Of a DNA stretch of 60,231 nt, positions 56,314 to 60,231 are shown in pieces. A model generated the notes under the pieces. It worked only from the letters and a program-made list of their open reading frames with translations. It did no database searches and was not told where the DNA came from. A program made the translations under genes and the position numbers. The stretch's first letter is position 1. Each line of letters opens with the position of its first letter. The DNA lies in the NCBI GenBank assembly GCA_036555085.1, contig DATBMD010000225.1, forward strand, positions 1-60,231, given 5' to 3'. The stretch is from Gaiellaceae bacterium (GTDB taxonomy: Bacteria > Actinomycetota > Thermoleophilia > Gaiellales > Gaiellaceae).

Positions 56314-58004
56314 CGCCGCGCCAGGCAGAGCCTGCCCGCGCAGGTGGCGACGTGGAGGCCTCGGTGGCGCCGGCCGGCGACGCCCCCGCCCTCGAGACGG
56401 AGGTCGCCGTGCGCGTCGAGGCGGTGCGGCGGAGCCTGCAGCCGGTCGGCGCCGGGTTCGCACCATACGCGTGGACGCCGACGCCGGCGGACGTCGCCGC
56501 CCGCCACGGCCTTCGCCCAGAGTCCGTGCTCCGCTACGACCAGAACACGCCACCGCTGCCGGGCGTCCCCCAGGTCCCGCTCGCGGAGAGCTTCGCGAGG
56601 CTCAACGAGTACCCCGACGGGACGTACCGCGAGCTGCGGGACGCGGCCGCCGCCTACGCAGGGCTGACACCCGAGCACGTCGTCGTCGGCGCCGGTGCCG
56701 ACGAGCTGATCATCCTGATGGCCCAGGTCTTCCTGGGCCCGGGGCGCAGCGCGTCGATCGCCGAGCCCACGTACGCGATGTACCGGATCGTCACCCAGCT
56801 GCGGGACGCAGCCATCCTGGGCGCGGAGGCGGAGGACGAGGCCGACCTGGTGTGGCGGTGCAACCCGAACAACCCGACCGGCGAGGCCGTCGAGCCCGAG
56901 GTGCTGGTGGAGCTCGCGCGACGCCGGCCCGATGCGCTCGTCGTCGTCGACGAGGCGTACATCGAGTTCGGCGGGCGCACCGTTGCGCAATGGGTCGACG
57001 AGCTGCCGAACCTGATTGCGCTGCGAACGCTCTCGAAGGCGTTCGGGTTCGCGTCACTGCGGGTGGGCTTCGCGCTCGCGCACCCCGCCACGGCCGCCCT
57101 GCTCGACGCGCGGCGGGCGCCCGCCTCGATCTCGGGCCCGGCGGCGCGGATCGCCGCAGCCGCCTTGCGCGATCCTCGCTTCGACCCAGGACCGGAGCTC
57201 GAGGAGCGCGAGCGGGTGCGGCGGGCGCTGCTCGACGCCGGCTACGACGCGCCGCCGACCGAGACGAACTTCGTCTTCGTTCGCAGCGAGGAGCCGCTCG
57301 CGGACCTCCTGGAGCGCCAGGGGCTCGTGGTGCGCGACGTTCCCGGCGGGATCCGGATCACGCTCCGGCGACCGACCGAGAACGACGTCCTGCTGCGCGC
57401 GCTCGGCGCGACGCCGGGGCCTGCCCCGGGCCGAGCCGCCACGGTCGTGCGGACGACCACCGAGACCGCGCTCTGCCTCACGCTCGACCTCGACGGTCGC
57501 GGCTTCGCGCGTGTCGCGACGGGCATCGGGTTTCTCGACCACCTGCTGTCGCTGCTCGCGTTCCACGCCGGCTTCGATCTCGACCTCGCCGCCGGCGGCG
57601 ATCTCGACGTCGACGAGCATCACACGGTCGAGGACGTCCTCGCCGCGCTCGGCACGGCGGTCGACCAGGCGCTCGCGGGCCGGGATGGCGTCTCCCGCTA
57701 CGGCGCTGCCACCGTGCCGATGGACGAGGCGCGGGCAACCGCCGCGGTCGACCTCGTCCGTCGTCCCCACGCCGAGATCACGCTCGAGCTCTCCGGCCCC
57801 CGTGTCGGCGGGCTGGCCCTGACGCTGCTCCCGCACGCGCTCGAGCGCTTCGCGATCGAGGCGCGCTGCACCGTCCACGTCGAGTCAGCGGGACAGGACG
57901 ACCACCACGTTGCGGAAGCCGCCTTCAAGGCGCTCGGCCGTGCCCTCGGCGAGGCGTGCGCCCCGCGCGGCGCCGGCATCCGCTCGACCAAGGGCGAGGC
58001 ATGA
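56310..58004 (+). CDS. hisC: Fused histidinol-phosphate aminotransferase (HisC) and imidazoleglycerol-phosphate dehydratase (HisB)
   Basis: N-terminal NPNNPTG, VDEAY and RTLSKAFG..LRVG; C-terminal TGIGFLDH, DEHHTVED, PMDEA, DDHHVAEA and STKG. No stop codon lies between the two parts. Confidence 0.88.
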   Translation: MTPRQAEPARAGGDVEASVAPAGDAPALETEVAVRVEAVRRSLQPVGAGFAPYAWTPTPADVAARHGLRPESVLRYDQNTPPLPGVPQVPLAESFARLNEYPDGTYRELRDAAAAYAGLTPEHVVVGAGADELIILMAQVFLGPGRSASIAEPTYAMYRIVTQLRDAAILGAEAEDEADLVWRCNPNNPTGEAVEPEVLVELARRRPDALVVVDEAYIEFGGRTVAQWVDELPNLIALRTLSKAFGFASLRVGFALAHPATAALLDARRAPASISGPAARIAAAALRDPRFDPGPELEERERVRRALLDAGYDAPPTETNFVFVRSEEPLADLLERQGLVVRDVPGGIRITLRRPTENDVLLRALGATPGPAPGRAATVVRTTTETALCLTLDLDGRGFARVATGIGFLDHLLSLLAFHAGFDLDLAAGGDLDVDEHHTVEDVLAALGTAVDQALAGRDGVSRYGAATVPMDEARATAAVDLVRRPHAEITLELSGPRVGGLALTLLPHALERFAIEARCTVHVESAGQDDHHVAEAAFKALGRALGEACAPRGAGIRSTKGEA

Positions 58005-58603
58005 GCGCCGTCCTCGCCGATTACGGTGCCGGCAATCTCCGCAGCGTCTGCAGCGCCCTGGCGAGGGCGGGCGCCGACCCGATCGTCACCACCGACGCCG
58101 CCTCCGTCCGCGCGGCGCAGCTCGCGGTCGTCGCCGGGGTCGGGCACGTCGAGGCCGCCGCGCGCGGCCTCGCCGCGCACGGGCTCGACGACGCGATCCG
58201 GGACCGTGCCGCCGCGGGCAGGCCGACGATCGGCATCTGCGTCGGGCTCCAGCTGCTGTTCGAGGAGAGCGAGGAGGGCGGCCGCGGGCTCGGGCTGCTC
58301 CGTGGGGACGTCCGACGCCTCCGCGCCCGCCGGGTCCCGCACATGGGCTGGAACACCCTACGGATCACCGGAGAGTGCGAACTGCTCGCCGGGCTCGACG
58401 GCGCCGACGTCTACTTCGCCCACAGCTACGCCGCCGTCCCCGCCGAACGGGCGGTCGCAGTGGCGACCGTCGACCACGACGGGGTGATCGTCGCCGCGGT
58501 CGAGGCCGGCCCGCTCGCGGGCGTCCAGTTCCACCCCGAGCGCAGCGGCGCCGCCGGGGCCCGCGTGCTCGCGAACGCCCTCGCATGGTCAAGAAGCGCG
58601 TGA
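58001..58603 (+). CDS. hisH: IGP synthase glutaminase subunit
   Basis: [28 protein letters not shown] and QFHPE motifs. Confidence 0.93.
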   Translation: MSAVLADYGAGNLRSVCSALARAGADPIVTTDAASVRAAQLAVVAGVGHVEAAARGLAAHGLDDAIRDRAAAGRPTIGICVGLQLLFEESEEGGRGLGLLRGDVRRLRARRVPHMGWNTLRITGECELLAGLDGADVYFAHSYAAVPAERAVAVATVDHDGVIVAAVEAGPLAGVQFHPERSGAAGARVLANALAWSRSA

Positions 58604-59325
58604 TCCCCTGTCTCGACGTCGCCGGCGGCCGTGTCGTCAAGGGCGTCAACTTCCGCGACCTGCGCGAGCTCGGCGACCCGATCGAGCTGGCGACGCGGTA
58701 CTCCGAGCTGGCGGCGGACGAGCTCGTCTTCCTCGACATCACCGCCACGATCGAGGGGCGCGCGCCGATCGTCGAGCTGATCGGGCGAGCCGCCGCGGAG
58801 CTCTCGATCCCGTTCACGGTCGGCGGCGGCGTCCAGGGGCTCGAGGACGCGCGGGCGCTCCTGCGGGCGGGGGCGGACAAGGTGGCGGTCAACCGCGCGG
58901 CGTTCGACGATCCGCCGATGCTCACCTCGCTCGCGGACGAGTTCGGCAGCCAGGCGGTCGTGTGCGCGATCGACGCGCGGGCCGGCGAGGTCGTCACCCA
59001 CGCCGGCCGGCGTCCCCGCGGCCGCGACGCCGTCGACTGGGCGCGGGAGGCCGTCGGTCACGGCGCCGGCGAGATCCTGCTCACCTCGATCGACGCCGAC
59101 GGCACCCGAGCCGGCTACGACCTCGAGCTGACCGGGGCGGTCGCGGACGCCGTCGAGGTCCCCGTCATCGCCTCCGGCGGCGCGGGCGAGGCAAGGCACC
59201 TCGCGGAGGCCTTCGACGCTGGCGCGGAGGCGGCGCTGATCGCGTCGATCGTGCACGAGCGGCCCGAGCGGCTGCCGGAGCTGAAGGCCGAGTTGCGGGA
59301 GCTGGGATGGAACGTCCGGAGCTGA
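58585..59325 (+). CDS. hisF: IGP synthase cyclase subunit
   Basis: [27 protein letters not shown] and [15 protein letters not shown] motifs. Confidence 0.93.
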   Translation: MVKKRVIPCLDVAGGRVVKGVNFRDLRELGDPIELATRYSELAADELVFLDITATIEGRAPIVELIGRAAAELSIPFTVGGGVQGLEDARALLRAGADKVAVNRAAFDDPPMLTSLADEFGSQAVVCAIDARAGEVVTHAGRRPRGRDAVDWAREAVGHGAGEILLTSIDADGTRAGYDLELTGAVADAVEVPVIASGGAGEARHLAEAFDAGAEAALIASIVHERPERLPELKAELRELGWNVRS

Positions 59326-59873
59326 CGCCCGCGATCGTCCAGGACGCCGAGTCGGGCCGCATCCTGATGCTCGCCTGGATGGACGACGAGGCGCTCCGAC
59401 GGACGCGCGAGAGCGGCGAGGCCTGGTTCTGGAGCCGCTCGCGACGGGAGCACTGGCACAAGGGGGCCACCTCCGGCAACACGCTGGCGGTGGAGGAGAT
59501 CCGCGACGACTGCGACGGCGACGCGCTCCTGCTCCGTGTCAGGCCGGCGGGGCCCGCCTGCCATACGGGCGCCGAGTCGTGCTTCGCGCCCTGGCTGTGG
59601 CGGACGATCGCCGACAGGGCGCAACGGCGGCCCGAGGGGTCGTACGTCTCGAAGCTGCTCGACGCCGGGCCGGCCGCGGCGGCGCAGAAGGTCGGCGAGG
59701 AGGGTGTCGAGGCCGCGCTCGCAGGCGCGGCCGAGTCGGACGAGCGCCTCGTCGAGGAGCTCGCCGACCTCTGGTTCCACAGCTACGTGCTGCTCGCCGC
59801 CCGCGGCCTCGACCCGGCGCGCGTGGAGGAGGAGCTGTCGCGGCGGCATGCCGCCCGGACCGCGCGGAGCTAG
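59307..59873 (+). CDS. hisIE: Bifunctional PR-AMP cyclohydrolase / PR-ATP pyrophosphatase
   Basis: [33 protein letters not shown] and ELADL motifs. Confidence 0.93.
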   Translation: MERPELTPAIVQDAESGRILMLAWMDDEALRRTRESGEAWFWSRSRREHWHKGATSGNTLAVEEIRDDCDGDALLLRVRPAGPACHTGAESCFAPWLWRTIADRAQRRPEGSYVSKLLDAGPAAAAQKVGEEGVEAALAGAAESDERLVEELADLWFHSYVLLAARGLDPARVEEELSRRHAARTARS

Positions 59874-60082
59874 AGATGCTCGGGAGCGAGAGATCGTGAC
59901 GTTGTGACGACCCTTATCGTGACGTGTTCCGTGCGTGGACTGAGGGACGCGGCGTGTGCCGTGATGCGAGGAGGGGATCGCAGGAGAGCCTCTGTGGATC
60001 CGCGGTTGCGGCCGGAGGCCGGCTTTGCCGGCCGGGGGGCCAGCTGCGAGCCGTCCTCTGCGCTCGGGCGTGGGTGGGGGCC

Positions 60083-60109
60083 CGTGGGGTAACCATAGGT
60101 TTCCCCACG
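60083..60109. repeat. REP-like hairpin immediately upstream of the last gene
   Basis: cgtgggg-t-aacc-ata-ggtt-t-ccccacg, ending 6 nt before ATG 60116. Confidence 0.55.
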
Positions 60110-60115
60110 CTGACG

Positions 60116-60231
60116 ATGGAGATCGCGCCGTTCGCGATCGAGCACTTCTACGCGCGCTACGAGTTCGCGGCCGAGCACATGCTCTCGAGCAGCGATTGCG
60201 AGTCCTGGTCGATCGAGCAGCTGCTCGCGCT
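60116..60231 (+). CDS. Class I/II PLP aminotransferase, N-terminus only (runs off the window)
   Basis: MEIAPFAIEHFYARYEFAAEHMLSSSDCESWSIEQLLA resembles the N-terminus of aspartate/capreomycidine-synthase-like aminotransferases. Confidence 0.65.
   Translation, partial: MEIAPFAIEHFYARYEFAAEHMLSSSDCESWSIEQLLA

Noticed and set aside
59975-60000. Glycine riboswitch, suggested by CAGGAGAG
   Set aside because: The downstream CCGAAG and CTCTCAGG elements are missing.

Overview
Very high-GC actinobacterial DNA. F420 genes, pervasive leaderless genes and gene content suggest Thermoleophilia/Gaiellales; the taxonomy is an inference. No rRNA, tRNA, CRISPR array or transposase was seen. In order, the window holds: a polyamine ABC importer with a class III aminotransferase; a MacB/FtsX-type exporter; a mixed catabolic region (CoA-transferase, two F420-type LLM enzymes, M3 peptidase, thiolase, three acyl-CoA dehydrogenases, acyl-CoA ligase, enoyl-CoA hydratase); a MoxR-DUF58-VWA operon converging on a secreted-protein locus flanked by an atypical sigma factor; a Liv-type ABC importer; FO synthase fbiC; and a divergent histidine regulon. 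Main hunt results: (1) a ~125-bp structured repeat present in two copies 21 kb apart, each at an ATGA stop/start junction and encoding a 41-42 aa peptide that keeps the flanking genes translationally coupled; (2) a secreted Gln/Asn/Ser/Gly-rich repeat protein with a Cys-rich tail, a candidate functional amyloid or fibre, with Pro-rich membrane-anchored partners, a SigB/F-like sigma lacking region 3 and a membrane-tethered ribbon-helix-helix protein; (3) a DsbA/FrnE-family probable selenoprotein (UxxC) missed by the ORF track; (4) a YerC/HisR-type operator over back-to-back leaderless promoters, and a HisC-HisB fusion. All calls come from manual reading of the sequence; no database search was run.
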